In this document: positions 40,101 to 54,700 of the stretch, piece by piece
Numbering within the stretch: the first letter of the stretch is position 1
How the letters are laid out: the number at the start of each line of letters is the position of its first letter
NCBI RefSeq assembly: GCF_036321535.1
Contig: NC_087436.1
Coordinates: 99,760,001 to 99,824,000, forward strand
From: Camelus dromedarius
Taxonomy: Eukaryota
Length of the DNA stretch: 64,000 bases
Direction of reading: 5' to 3'
Translations under genes and position numbers: made by a program
Notes under the pieces: model-generated
Told to the model about the DNA's origin: nothing
What the model saw: the letters and a program-made list of their open reading frames with translations, nothing else
The model's database searches: none

Positions 40101-41084
40101 TCACTATTTCAGTTACCTTACCTTTTCTTAGTTATCTCCCTCCATTGTTTCTATATATCATCTAGTCTAGTTATAAGCATAAAAGCTAATTTCATTAGAA
40201 TTTTCACAAATAACCATTATTGAAATAGAACAATTTGGAAAAGGAATAAATACCTTTAAATTTTGGTAAATATTTATTTGAAATTGCATTGGTTACTTTT
40301 AAGTTGAAAAAGAAATGGATATAAAAAGTCAAATATTGTGGCAAAAACTTATGAAATTCAAAGATAATAGGCTATAATTTTAAAGTATTATCAAGTAACT
40401 TTGTTATTATTATTAGTTTTATCTGCAATACTTATTTTAGTCAATGTTTGTTAAACGTTTGCCATGTGACTACCAGTATTATAAACACTTTCTCTTATCA
40501 TTTAGTTTACTCTTTGTCACAATACTGTGTGGCATGAACTATGCCCAACCCATCTCTCTCAGTTTTTAACTCATAGAGTTAAAATTAAACCATTAAATTA
40601 ACTGGTGTCCAGTTCTGCCTTTCTCCATTCTCCAAATATTTCTAACAATTATGCGTTAAGCAAAACATTATGTATATGTATTCATATGGCATTATGCATT
40701 ATTTGAGTTGCAAACATTATTTGGAAAAGTCAGCAAATGCTACATTTTAACAAGGCTAGTGAAGTTGGAAAAAGTATAACTTAAGTTATTGTACAACACA
40801 GTTTATTTTAGAATTAATTATCGAGAAATTTGACACATAACATCTTGACCAGACTTGGCCATCGTTTGGAGAGCCCTTAGTAAAGGGCTGAGCTTCATTT
40901 TAACCTTCAGTGTAGCAGAGATGAGAAGAACGAGGAGTTGAGGTTAGACTAATGAAACCGGTTTGCTAATAGGAAACTGCAAGTGGACTATTAATAAAAA
41001 GGACATTTTCCTAGGTGAGAAGATGATGTGTCTGGTTGAAATTTTTTACAACTTCATTTTAGGAAGACACTATTATTTAATATC

Positions 41085-41545
41085 ATGTGTACTGGTAATC
41101 TATTGCCACCGCACTCCTGCATAACCAACCACAAAATGTAGTGCATTAAAACTGACTTATTTATTAACTTACTGGTTTTGGATTTGGCAAATTAGAGTGG
41201 AGATGGCTGGGTGGTTCTGTGACCTTGAGTGTGCTTAGAAGGCAGGTGTCTCGCTGGCAGTTGGATTAAAGGGAGAGGTAGGACTGTCTCTCATCCTCTA
41301 GCAGGTTACCCTGGGTGTGTTTCCATGGCAAAGGCAGAGAAGCAAGAGAAACCCAAGTCCTCTTGAGACATAGGCTCAGGTACCGACACTATCATGTTGG
41401 CTGCATTCTGCTGGTCGAAGCAAGTCACTGGGCCTACCAGGAATCAAGGGGTGGGAAAATGGGATCTACCTTTTGATAAGATACATTACAGTGGATGTAT
41501 ATTCAGAGAAGAAAGAATTGGGACATTTTTCTGCAATTAATCTAG
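41085..41545 (-). mobile_element. MLT1(H/I/J)-like MaLR LTR
   Basis: 'ATCTATTGCC...TAACCAACCACAAAATGTAGTG' and 'GCATTCTGCTGGTCGAAGCAAGTCACTGGGCC'. Confidence 0.75.
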
Positions 41546-41667
41546 CAGTGGGAGGAATACGTATTCACCACTCCTCAAGCTTTCTACAGGGAGACATCAT
41601 CTGGATGATTCCTTTAGGTCCTCACCTACCCCTCACTCAGGTGGGAAGAGCAGTGATCAGGTGTGAC

Positions 41668-42164
41668 TGTGGTAGACAGAACAGCGGTACCTCAAGGATA
41701 CCCACACTTTAATCCCCAGAACCCGTGAATATGATACCTTATGTAACAAGGAGAATTAAGGCAGCAAGTGGATTTAAATTTGCTAATTAGTGGACCTTAA
41801 AATAGGGAGATTATTCTGGATTATTTGGGTGGGCAAAATGGAGCCTTAAAAGAGAAAGAGGCAAACTGAAGAGGAGTTAGGAGATCATTTGATGTGTAAA
41901 GCATTCAACCCGCCACTGCTGGCTTTGAAGGTGGAGGGACAGGGCCAAGAGCCAGTGAACACAGGCAGCCTGGAGAAGCTGGAAGAGGCAAGGAAATCAA
42001 CTCCCTAGAGTCTTCAGGAAAGAATGCAGCGCTGCCAACAACTTGATTTTGGCTCAGTGAAACCTGTGTAAGATGTCTTACCCATTCATCTGGAAGATCA
42101 TAAATGTGTCTTGTTTTATGCCAGTAAGTTTGTGGTAATACAGTGGTGATAAGAACCTAATACA
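41668..42164 (+). mobile_element. MLT1D-like MaLR solo LTR
   Basis: TG...CA ends (TGTGGTAGACAGAA ... AACCTAATACA); degenerate 5-bp TSD GTGAC/GTAAA; same motifs as 29534-30050. Confidence 0.9.
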
Positions 42165-44889
42165 GTAAATTTGGGAAGGAAGTTCAGCTTCTTTCACTTC
42201 CTCTTTCTGCCTGCAGAAAAGGTTCTTCATGGTCTGCTCATGATTTTGTTTTCTTTTTAGCCACAAAACAGAGAGATTGGGTCAGCCTCTTCAACTCAAT
42301 GTTAGAAAGTTAGGAAGTTACTTTGACCAGACAGCTAAAGCTACTTTCACTAAGAAGCAGTAAATTTAGTAAACTTAAAGAAACGAAAAACACTCACTTG
42401 TTTATATATTTTTTCCTAAATTGAGAGGGTTAGAAGTAAGAGGTGTAATTTAAGAATCCCTTAAATTTAACAAAAATTTATTTTTTGTACTGCTTCATAC
42501 AAGGGGCTCTCCCCCACCCCCACAGTTGCTCTGCCACTGGGAATTAGTGACAGCGCTGGTGAGACTCAGAGAGTTGCAATTCCATGGTGAGGAATGAGGA
42601 AGAGCCGAAGAAGTGGAAGGTAGTGAGTTTAGGTGGTTTTCATGAAGTTCACTTATGCAGAGATTTCGTTGAAGACCAGACATCTGTCCATGAATGAATC
42701 AAGCTAAGTAAAAGGATAAAATAAAACTCATTAGAAAATATGTAAATAAACTATTCCAAAAATTTTAACAAGCAGTAAGAAGTTTAAAACTCTGAATGTT
42801 GGAAATGAGTTGTAATCTAATTTTAAATGTTTTGTAATGACAAGTTGTTTGTTACTTTGTTCGCTGGGGTCAGATAGTCCCATGTACTCAATGCTGTGTA
42901 TGGGTGGCCTTGAATTAAAGGCTTACAATCAAAATGACTCTCTTCCTAAAGGAGTCTTCCTTATGACATTGCTTGTGTTTAAGTCAATATCCTCCAATAG
43001 GAAATTAAATTAGTGCTTCTTTTATCTTAGTAACCTAGGAGTGTGACATACAATGGTGCAGCTTCTTGAACAATACTCAGCAGGAGAAGTAATTAACTGG
43101 TGGAATGTCTGTGTGTGTGGAATCCAGGCAAGGGCAGGCTAGCCTGACCTAGAAACAGCAGGTTGGGAGTTAACCTGCTACCATCCCAGCAAGCAGGAGT
43201 GGATCCAACATTGTAGGAGACCCAGGCGAGAAAGGACGCCGCTTTGCTTTTCAAGACAGAATGTTGTACCTTCCCTTTAGTGTGATGCTTCTAACCCAGT
43301 GCAAGGAGTGCTCTCTGCTGATTCTGGGACTGTCCGTCTTCTTCAGCGCCATTCACAAGGAGTCTACTGGCTGAGATGATTGTTAATTTCATATGCTTAG
43401 TCACTAACTGAAATAATATTATTATTCTCCTTCAGTAGGGAAATGTAGGGTTAAGGTTTTGGTTTTGGTTTCTTTTATATGTAAGAATGTGGTGGAAAAT
43501 GAGAACAAACATACCTGTTATTGTAATGTTTTCATAATGAGTAATGGTTCACCTGAACCATTTTTTTTTTGAAAGAATCAGTTTATTTCATATGGCCGGA
43601 AAGCAAGGCTAATTTAAAATAATTGTTCAAACAACCACTAGCCTCTGGGGAATAATGCTTTAAGCCAAGTAGTAAAGAATGTCTGATTTAAGGCATTTGA
43701 CTACCTCTGTACTTCCTGTTAGCAGAATGGGTTATAAAACATTTTTATCATATAGTAAATTTGGGATATTTTATTTACAAGGTTGTTTTCAATCATGTGG
43801 ATACTCTAACAGGATAAAATAATCCAAAGCAGGAAACCAGACCTTGTTCTCGGCATACAAAATAAAACTGCATGGTGGTCTAATAGCTTCCTGCGTGGAT
43901 AAGAATTCAGTATATCATTTGTTTTTGAAATGAGAGGCATAAGAAGGCATTATAAGAAGCACATCCAAACGCAAATGACCGTAGCATGTCCAGCTCCATT
44001 TTATCATCCACATATTATGAAGAAAGAAATGCACTGGGCAAAGAAGAAACAGCCCTTTTCTTTGGTCCTCTCTATATTTCAATGCAGATGAGATATCTCA
44101 TTTACTGCTGACTTGACAAGCCTTTCTCTCCCTTTCTGAGTAGAGTCGTGTGAGGCACAGTCTAAAGAGGACATCGGTATAACTTTACAGCTGTGTGAGC
44201 TCAGGGCATTAATCAATGCAGAGGCACAGAGAAAGAACATGTGCTTAATAGCTTGAATTTCTTCTTTTCCTTTTCAGGGGCATTATGTTTCTTAAGTATA
44301 AAAGGAAAGGCCCTGAGATACACAATTGTGACATCCAACGTGGACAGCTTTTATGCTGGTTCTTTAGAATACACACTGTTCTTCCCTCCCCTTCTTGTTT
44401 GCTTCTATAACCAAATAGAAATGTACTTTAAAAAAATTTCCCATGGCTGATTATTTGACCTTTGGGGATAGGTAGGGGAGATCATTTATGTCTGATATAA
44501 AGTGAGAAATAAGATAATGCTTAGTTTTCAGGGTCAAGCCTTTCTATCTTTTCAAAAAGATAAGCTACATAGGTGACCATACAATGATCTCTTAAAAATT
44601 GCATTTTCATTAGCCATTCAAACAGAAAGATGAGAGATTTTAGTTTGTTTCTGATGTAATAAGGGCTTCTTCTCTGGACCCCTCCTCTTCTTCCGTGTGT
44701 GAAACAAGAAGCAGTGCTGTCAAAGCAGCAATCACTGCAGATGCTCCAGCTGTTTGTATGTGATGGATGTTGTCAACTTTTAGCAGTAGGAGATAGGATG
44801 TGTTCTGCAGTAAAACAATTCACAGCATTTATAACTGTTGATTAACTATTGTGCAATGTCTTTGCAGAAAGATATTAAAAAAAAAATTA

Positions 44890-45270
44890 CTGCCCTAGTC
44901 AGCTAACTACCTACCAATAGTCATTAACCCTCTCTTTTCTAAGAGGGCCCCTCACTATGTTCAAAGTGAGAAATACATTTTCTGTGTCTTCCATGTGGTA
45001 GACATGGTCATGTCATTGAGCTTCATTCAATGATCTTTAAGGGAAAACCTGCAGTAAGAGTTCTTGGAAGAGTTTTTCCTTACTTGATAAAAGGGGTAGA
45101 TGCAGTGTGTGCCAACTTAGGTCGTTTCCCCTTCCTCCTTCTGGGAATGTTTGTGTGAGACCTGTGAGTCCAGCTGCCATTTTGTGATTATGGACTGACA
45201 AATATGACATGCAGTTTAACACTCTAAGAATGATAAAAACAACATTTGTTGAAAAAGAACATGTTGGTGT
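44890..45270 (+). mobile_element. LTR33-like ERV-L LTR fragment
   Basis: 'CATGGTCATGTCATTGAGCTTCATTCAATGA', 'CAGCTGCCATTTTGTGATTATG'. Confidence 0.55.
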
Positions 45271-45289
45271 CATACAGTCTGACTCCAAT

Positions 45290-45674
45290 TTTAATATTTG
45301 GCTACTGGTAGATTTTCAGTCCCTCTATTCTCTTTTCATCTTCAGCCTACATCTGGGAAGTTTAATAAGAAATTCCAAGTGCTCCCCACTTTGGCACTAA
45401 AGAGCAGTTCAAACCATTTAAATCACAGTCAAAAAATGCATGCACAGGAAATCTCACCCTAGCTGGATGCTTCATCCACAAGAAAATACAATCCAGTCTT
45501 ACCCTATTCTTTCAAGCCATTTACACATCTGCTTGGGAGCCTGCCTTGCTGTCCCCAGAAAGCCTTATAAAGCTTTGTATACCTTCTTGGTGTGTGTATG
45601 GTGTCATCAGTCTTAACATCCAACCCAAATTTTGGAAGTGATGTCCATTTTACTTCTGCGGAGTAACCTTAACC
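45290..45674 (+). mobile_element. MER74/MER54/LTR53-family LTR (5' LTR of the provirus)
   Basis: 'CTTGGTGTGTGTATGGTGTCATCAGTCTTAACATCCAACCCAAATTTTGG' resembles this family's U5. Confidence 0.7.
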
Positions 45675-48640
45675 ATTGCCACTCTAAGCACGATACCTGG
45701 GTGATGATCACAACCACCAGGGGTCTTTCTTCTCTTGCTTTAGCTTTCTAATTTGCTCCGCTGCCTGCTGGCTAGTATGCTGTTTGAGCTGTGTGGCTGC
45801 CTGCTGGCCAACTTGAGCTTTGAGCTGCTGCCTGCTGTAAATCTTGCTCGTGCTGCTCTGTGCTGCATGTGTTGAATTCTACTGAACCTCTGTTGTAGAT
45901 TTAACTGAGTTAAGTCAGTTTCCATAAGTGATGTTTAGGGACGGGGGTGTGGGTTTGGGCCCTCTTCAAAGTGTCTTTGGATTATATGTCTCTGCCCCAA
46001 CATATCTGCGTTTCTCTGAGTGATGTGACAATTTCAGCAAAAGCCAGAATGCATGCTGGGCTCAGGGGAACAGCTCTCACCCTGTGACCATGAATGAGTT
46101 CTGTGTCTCAGCCTGGTGTTGGCCCTAATCTAGAGCATGCTCGGGAGAAAGCCTGATATCTTGTATGCTATAAAGGCCAATTGGATGGTCACTAAAAACA
46201 GGTGACTCACTAGGATCCTGCAAAATCCCTTTGCTCCTGTTGCTAATACCCTTGTCTTTAAAAAGATCCTGATTCTTAGGGTTTCAGGGATAAATATCCA
46301 ATGCATTCCCAGTGCACAATTAAGGGGTTAATTCAAACCCAACATAAGCCTGGAGTACTTAAACCCTACAAAGTGACCATTGTCGGGGGGCCCAAATCCA
46401 AAAGATACTGACTGATGCTCTAGAGGAGGCAGTGTATATGAGGACCTCCTTAAAGCATATCCAGAAACCACCAAATCCCCCCCCCCCAAAAAAACATGGA
46501 TAATGGGTACAGGGTGTAAAACAAAATCTAAAATAGAGGTCCACACTTTGATCCAATTTGAAAATACAAATACTTGCAAATATTTATGACAAAGTAAAAA
46601 GGGGGCTGGTTGACTTTTGCACCTCTGGAACATAGTTTCTAAATTAACTTTAACATCTGCAGAAAAGCACCAATTAAGAAACTTTAATAGACTTAATCAA
46701 CATTAGGTCTTGATTTAGAGTTAAGCTTGGGGATCCCATTACATTTAAACTTGGTACCCCCTTTATTCTTAGGAGGGTTAGCAAACATAAAATGCAGGAC
46801 ATGAACAAGTATACTTTACCTTTTCCTTGAGAACTATTGCTTTGCCTAAATTTTCCATAGCCATAGCACCTATTGCCCTAAAATATCCCAGAGTAGGAGT
46901 AAATACTCTTATCCAATGAATAATAAATTAAATTAATGGTTTTTTACACAATTAGCCTGAGAAAAAGATCCTTCAGGAATCTCCATTCCTGATTAGTATG
47001 GCCAATACAGCTCAATATAAATTAGAACAGTATCTTCAAGATGCAAACCCAAGACATGTTCAGAGAAGAGGTAATTATGCACACTGCTTCTCTCTTTAGC
47101 AGTCACATTTGGTTTGTTCTTAAGCTTGGAAAGAAAAAATAGCACCTCACAGTAGATTACCACAACCTTAATGCTATGGCCCCCAACCATTAAAGTCCTC
47201 ACATCCAATATTATTGGAAGTATTGCCTTCATCCAATCAGCAAATGATAAATCGTCTGCAGTCATAGATGTACCTAATATAGCCTGTTCAGTGCCTATTT
47301 TAAAAGCCTCTCAGCTGCAGTGTGCCTTCACCTTCTAAGAGGCACAATATGCCTTAACCCTGCTGGGTTATCTCAACAGCCCTGCCATTACACACAATCT
47401 TTACAAGCAAGATCTTAATTACTCTCCCGGAGCACAGGTATACTATTGCATTGATGACATCCTCTTCCAAGGAGGAGGTTCATTGACACACTGATTAAGG
47501 ACATGCAGAAACCCACAAAAGAGTTCATATAAAGGAGACGGGTCATTGTCCCACATAGTTCACATGGTAAAAGGCCCCATCACCCCTGTTAAATTCGTGA
47601 AAATTGTTTGTTCCACCAACAGCCACTGCATCTCTGACACTGTAAAGGCACAGCTATTGACTTTCTCAGTAGCCACCACATTAAAGCAAGACAAACACAT
47701 TTTAGGCCTTTTTGGGTTCTGAAGGCAACATATTCCTTGTTTATGAATTTTATTTAAGCCTGTTATGATGTTACTTGCAAATTAGCCCACATTGGATGAG
47801 ATCCCCTAAGATAAAAATCTCCAGAATGTGTCCACAGTGCAATACCACAGGCACTCCACTAGTGACCCCAGATTCTCCTTCACAGTAGAGACTTTAGCAA
47901 CCTATTATCATTCCTCCTGGAATCTCTCAGCCACCCATGATGAATTTCTCATGAATTTCTGCTACAAGAAACTGTCTTCCTTAGCACCATGCTGTATGCC
48001 ATCATATTGACTGCAGGCTGCATACTGGACTCTCCTGGAAATAAAATCTCTCATAGGTCCTGAACCCATGACCCTTGTTACATAGTTTCCCATTATGTCG
48101 TGGGGTCACAGAAGCAGTACCCTCAAGCTTGGCATAGCCACCAAGGTTTCCTTCCTAAGACAGAAATGGTACCTACAGAAGAGAGCCAAACCCAGATCCC
48201 CTGAGGTATCCCACCTGCAGGAGGAGATGGCTTCCCTATTCTCAGTCCTTTGCTAGATGCCATAATAGTGAAGGAGGTCACGACTGTCCTATACCCCTTA
48301 ACTACTGCAAAGCTTCTTGGGACCAAATGAAGGAACAGCAAAAAGAGTTACTATGTTTTATAGGCAATAGAGCCACCATTGTTTGTAATGAAGCTTGCTG
48401 AAGAGTTGCTGCTATTCATCCCTTAGCTAAGATGTCACTGATTGGTGTCAGGACTCAAGGATAAACAAAATTGACCCAACCACAGTCATTCTGTCACTGG
48501 ATACCTTGGCCAACAGGCAGCCCCATCTGCACAGTTTTAGACTTGAGACATTGCCATTGGCTTGACTGTCTGATCTAGCCAACAGTGGCAACAGTATTTA
48601 TCCAAAGCTATCCCCTTTGGGATAAAGAACTTTTGAAAAT
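45675..48640 (+). mobile_element. Class III ERV-L internal remnant (HERVL74/LTR53-int-like) with decayed pol
   Basis: Conceptual translation gives LTVDYHNLN (47146), AVIDVPNIACSVPI, QCAFTF, GYLNSPAITHNL, YYCIDDIL (47441-47464), LGLFGF*RQHIP (47702); frameshift and stops present. Confidence 0.9.
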
Positions 48641-49154
48641 CTTCCTTCTTTTCCTACATTTTCCTTTAGTTGGATTTCAGTTATAACGACTTACATTTGT
48701 AGAATCTTTACATGATAAATATAATTGATCCATTAGTTAAGCTGGCATTATCCAATTAAGAGATGAAGAAATAAAAACCCCAAAAGGGTAAAGAATTTAT
48801 CTTGCTTTTCTACATAGCTTTTCCCATAGAATTGCTTCCATGTTTCCTCTTTGCATTAAGAATTTCAAAACTAATTTATGTTAAACTTACAGTATATTTA
48901 TTTGTTCTTTCTCTAGATAATTTTGCCAGTCAATTTTGTTTTTTGTGAAATGAGGAAGTCTTTTGCAATTTTCAGTAGGAAAAATTATGTTCCATGGTAT
49001 ATGGCTAATGTCTTCTATTTTTCTATATAATATTTTTTAAATTTAAGTTTTGTAGTACTGAAAACTATACAATTTTGAAGCTAATAATAGTAGCATTATG
49101 GTATTAAAACCAATGGCCAGTTGATGAACAATATTCTGTACAACATATGAGAGT

Positions 49155-49375
49155 AGGGTAGTAATGCAAATAATGTAGTTATTGATCATTTATCAAAAGC
49201 CAGACACTGTCCTAAGATTTTTTTAATTATTATAATTTAATCTTCAAATAACTTTATGGAGGGAGCATTACCCCATTTTATGCACGAAAAGACCTACACC
49301 CTAAAAAGTAACTTATCCACACTGTCTTATAATGAATGAGAACTAAGATTCAGATTTATATTTGCTTGACTTCAA
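49155..49375 (-). mobile_element. MIR
   Basis: 'GCCAGACACTGTCCTAAG...CCCCATTTTATGCACGAAAAGAC'. Confidence 0.75.
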
Positions 49376-51399
49376 ATCTTGTTTTTTTTTTCTTTCACCT
49401 TAATGTTAAAAAGTTTCCATACTTTTACCAGAATAATTAAAGTGCAAAGGGTCTCAGAATTTACAGGTGTACTGAAATAACATGGATGTTTTCTTAAATT
49501 TGATCTAAGCATTGAATTAACGCTAACATCAAAGAGCAGATCATGAGACCATCTATTAGAGAAAGCCATTAAGAAAGAACAGGTGCAAGATTTTTATTAC
49601 AGAATAGCAGGTAGCGTTGAAAGCAAAATATTACCAGAATACGTTTTCTACCTTAAGATTCGCAAAATATGTCATATATTGTAAAACTTAATGTATAGTT
49701 ATGATAAATGCTTACTGAAAAAGTAAATTCTTCAAAAGTATTACGATAAGAATCATCTAATGCCATTGCAGACTTAAATAGTAAAAATGTAAAGGACACA
49801 AATCAACCAGCTCCTTTTCTCTTGCTTAATTTGATCCTTCAGTGAGGTGTAGTTAACAAAGGTAATACAATCTTTGGATGCATAATAGAAGTTAATTGCC
49901 TAGATAATGGGAAATAATATTGCCATTGGACTGTGTTGGTCAGGACACATATGGAATAATGGAATCAATTTTGTGTTCTCTAGGACTTTACTTACATCCA
50001 TATTATGGCAATTAACAACTTGGCTTATAGGTAGTATTTCTATGTATCTTTCTTCTACCGTAGACTGTGAATTACATGCATGCAAGGACTGTGACTTATC
50101 TAATTTTATGTCATTGTCCCCTAGCAGAAAATGCGGCTATTAGTATTTGCTTAATAAAGCACTGCATTCATTAAGGCACCCATCTTATCTCCTTGGACTC
50201 TTGCTGTAATATCATACCTGGTTTCTTTGCCACTCTACCTCTCTGAGTTCTGTTCTCCAAATAATTGCTGAAGCAGTAAAGTAACCTCCACAAGGTTAAA
50301 GAACTAGTGAGTGACAGACATTGAATTGAACCTAGGTAACTGACCACAAACCCTCATTTTAAAAATAGGATTCTCTGGTAAAATCTTCTCTACTCAAATA
50401 TATGCAAAACAAAACAAACAAAAATCAAGGTGTCTGAAAAGGAATTAATTGTCCTGACTTAGTGACAATCTCTGCAAATTAACATGTGATACATACCAAT
50501 TTTTAAGAGAGACTTTGATAAGCATAAATTAAAAAAAACAAATAAACAAACCTGAGTACCATGATCTGGCTGAAGACAGTGTTTTATATGGCAAAGCTGG
50601 AAGAATAAAGTTTTTAACTTAAAAATAATCTGATTTGGGGTATAAATGATTGAACATATATACATATATTCAATTATCCAGTTTTAAAGTACTAAGGCTT
50701 GTCATGAGGTAAACAAGTATTTTGTACTTCCCCAGAATTTCTCTGGCATAAAATAGATACTTAATAACTATTTGCTTGCATAATTAACTAACGGTAAATT
50801 GATACAAGTAACACAGAAACCAAGAAAAAGGTAATAAAACAAAGATCTTTGAAAGTAGCAGGGCATTTCAATGATTATAAGGCTATGAATAAAATCACAG
50901 GGAATTGAGCAGAAGTATCAATAAGTTTGCGCTACTTGCTTGTCTATAACCTATCCATATTTCTATCAAAATTCACTGCTGCTTAGCAAGATAAACTATA
51001 TAACTGTGGCACAAAGATTGTAAGAATTTAACCGTTTTTGTTAAAGGCAAATATACTATTATTCTGAAAAGTCTCCACTGAACAATATGATTGTTATGTA
51101 TAATTGTAGGAATTATACATTATGCAATTTATAATAATGCTCTAAATTAAACTGTCACCAGCTTGTCACTAGTGAATACTTTTTAAGATTACAGTATCTT
51201 ACCTTTAGTTAGCAAATGATATCAGATCTTTGTAGAGTTAAATTTAGATAAAGATTGAACTGTACGGAATTATCTCTAATGAGATGTAATGATTAAGTCT
51301 TAATATAATTTTTATATTAGAAAGGAGGGATAAAAGATCATCATCACCATCTTTCTTTTCCTCCTCCTCAGTTTTCTTTAGCATTGTGCTGTACAGAGT

Positions 51400-51790
51400 A
51401 GCTTGTCCTCAAAAGCAGATAGTCACGAGTTTGTGTTCCTGTTTTTGTTCTTACTAGATATATGGCTTTGAGCAAATAACTCACATCACTTTTAGTCTAA
51501 ATTTTCCCGTATCTAAAATGGGGAAAATACCTATTTTTGCCTGTTTTCTGGAGGTAAACAATATTAAATATGAAGTGCCCAGCTTAGCACCTAATACATG
51601 GTGCATAGTATTATTATTATTTTTGTTTTATTATGGCATAGACAAATGTCAAGTATTTGTTTTATCCTCATAATCCTGTGAGAAAGGTAAGACAAATGCT
51701 ATGATTCTTATTTTATATAAATTGAGTTTCAGAATTCTATGTGGAAACTTTAAGTTTACATAAATTGTAAATGGAGTGGGATAGAAGCAT
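51400..51790. mobile_element. Two MIRs in opposite orientation
   Basis: 'TTTTCCCGTATCTAAAATGGGGAAAATA' (+) and 'TTTATCCTCATAATCCTGTGAGAAAGGT' (-). Confidence 0.7.
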
Positions 51791-51794
51791 ATCT

Positions 51795-54700
51795 GAAATA
51801 TCAGAATAAGGACCTTTGAAAATCTGCTCAGTCATAAGAGCAATGAAGACAATGGCAAAAAATCATCAAAAAACCCTTTTTGAGAATTCTGGAAATTAAC
51901 TGTAGGCTTGCAATAGTCCTTTCAGGATTTATTAAATAAGGATGATCAAATCTTAAAAAGAACAATGACTCAGTGGTGTTTTAACTTTCCTACTCCCATC
52001 CCTCTATAGTTGGTTTTGTGGTAGCCATGAAAATCACCAGCCTTGAAGCCACAATAGCTAAGAAAACAGCAGCACAGCATGGAAGGGTAGAACAATTTTG
52101 GAGCTTCCCCCAAAGCCTTGTTCCCAGAAGATTGTCACTGTTTTACTTGTCTGGCAGATCCTTGAAAAAGTATCATTCATAGGGGTGATTTTAATTTGGT
52201 TTGAGTTAGGTCTTTTCTTACTAAGCTGACTCCCAAGGCATTTGTTGAAAACAACCAGCAGCAACTGTTTAACATTATGGTAGCTGAGGAAGCAACACCA
52301 ACTGGAACAAAGAAGAGGCTGGCCAAAATTTTTAAAAGTGAATTATTGGATAAAATTTCCCAAATTTGATGAGAATCATTAATCTACACATCCAAGAAGC
52401 ACAAAAAAATTCCAAGTAGGATAAACTCAAATACTTCTCCACCTAGGCATATCATAGTAATAATGTCAAAAAAACAAAGAATAGAAGACTCTCTTGAAAC
52501 TAGCAAGAGAAAAATACCTCATCACGTACAAGGACTCTTCAATTAGATTAAGAGCTGACTTCTAATCAGAAACCATGGAGTCCAAAGGCAGTGGATAAAA
52601 TATAAAAAGTGCTGAAATGAAAGACTGTCAATCAAAAATTCTATATTCAACAGTATTATTCTTCAAAAATGAAAGAGACATTAAAACACTTTCAGAAAAT
52701 TAAAAATTGAGAAAATTCATTGCTAGAACCTGCCCTACCAAATTACTATAGTCAAGATGATCCTTTAGGCTGAAATGAAAGGATAGTAGATGGTACCTTG
52801 AATTTACATGAAGAAATAAAGATAACTACATAGGTTAACATAAAATACAGTAAAATGTATTTTTGTTTGTAACTTTATAAAATTTTCATGTCATTGTAAA
52901 CAGCAATGGCATAAATTAATAATTATAAAACAATGTGCTTTTGATGTGTAAAGATATAATTTGTATGACAATAATAGCATAAAGGAGGAAGGAATAAAGT
53001 TATATTGAAGCAAATTATTTTGTATAATTAAAATTACCTTGGCATTAATGCAAACTAGATTATTTTAAGTTAAGGTGCTATTCTCTGAGGAAAAAATAGA
53101 TAGCAAAATGTCAGCTATCAGTCTTACCTTATCATGTTAATTATGTTAAGTTTATATGGCTTAAACACAACTTCATAAATTAGAGATTGGCAGAATGTAT
53201 TAGAAAGATAGAATTTGACCATATACTGTGGATGAGACGTACTTTAGATTAAAATAATCAAGTAAGTTGGAGGCAAAAGGATGTAAAAAATATACCATGT
53301 TGATACTAACTATAAAAGAACTGGAATGGCTATACTAATATCAAACAGAATGGAGGGTAAGAAAAAATTTTACTAGAGGTAAAGAACATTTTACAATAGT
53401 GACGTTGACAAATGGTCAGGGAAACATGACAATTATAAGTATATATGCATCTAACAAGAGTCCCATAATACATAACGTAAAATGAATGAAACAGAAAAGA
53501 CAATGATCAGAGGTTTCAATTCTCTGTTATCATAATGGATAAAACAAGTAGACAGAAACTCAGAAAGGAAACAGAAGACTTGAATAACACAACTAAACAG
53601 TAAATCTAAAAGACATCTATTGGCCAATGTATCTAACAACAGTAAAATACATACACTTTTCAAGTGTACATGGGACTTCTGCATGATAGAACATATATTT
53701 GGCCATAACAAAAGACTCAATAAATTTGAAACTATATGAAGAATGTTCTCTGTAAACAATGGAATAAAATTGCAAATCAACATCAGATGGAAATTTGGGA
53801 TATTCATAGCTATGTGGAAATTAACACATTCTTAAGTAACAAATGGGTCATAGAAGATATTACAAAGGAAACTATAAAATTCTCAAAAAATTTTAAAGAA
53901 CTTGAGAAGGAAAACAAAAACAACATACCAAAATTTATAGGATGCAGATAAAGCATTGCTTAGAGGAAAATTGATAGCTCTAAAATGTCTAAAACAACAG
54001 CAAAAAAGATCTTAAATCAATAACTTTAAACTATATATCTTAAACTAGAAAAACAAGACCAAACTGAACACAAAGACAGCCGAAGGGAGTAAATAAAAAA
54101 AAATAGGGGAAGTAAAAAAAAAAAAGGCATAATATAATAATAGAGATATGAATGAAAAATTTGGTTATTTGGAATACTGAAATCTTATTGACAAATGTTT
54201 AATTACACTGACCAAGGGGAAAAACAGAATACTTCTATTACAAAAATAAAAAATGAAAGAGTGGGCATCACTACCAAACTTAAAAAAAATAAAAAAGGAT
54301 TATAAAAAATGCTATAAGAAACTCTACCTACAAATTATATAAGCTAAATGAAATAGATAAATTCCTAGAAGATACAAAATACCAAAACTGACTAATTGAT
54401 TCGGTATATGTATGTGTGTGTATGTGTGTATATATATATATAACATGGAATACTCTTTGGTCATAAAATAAAGTACTGAAACATACTACAATATGGATAT
54501 ACCTTGAAAACATTATGCTAAGTGGAAGAAAGTAGTAAAAGTAATCATGTATTATATGATTCCATTTATATAAGAGTCTTGAATTGATAAATATACATAG
54601 ACATAGACAGTAGTGGTTGCTAGAGGGGGAAAGGAAAATGGAAAGTGACTGCTAGTGGATGTGTGTTTTATTTGCGGAGTGATGAAAATATTCTGAAATT

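Noticed and set aside
43157..43179. Hairpin AGCAGGTT/AACCTGCT
   Set aside because: 8-bp stem, chance level; no terminator meaning in mammalian DNA
45760..45870. CRISPR-like or novel repeat array
   Set aside because: Irregular degenerate repeats within an ERV leader; eukaryotic context and no cas genes
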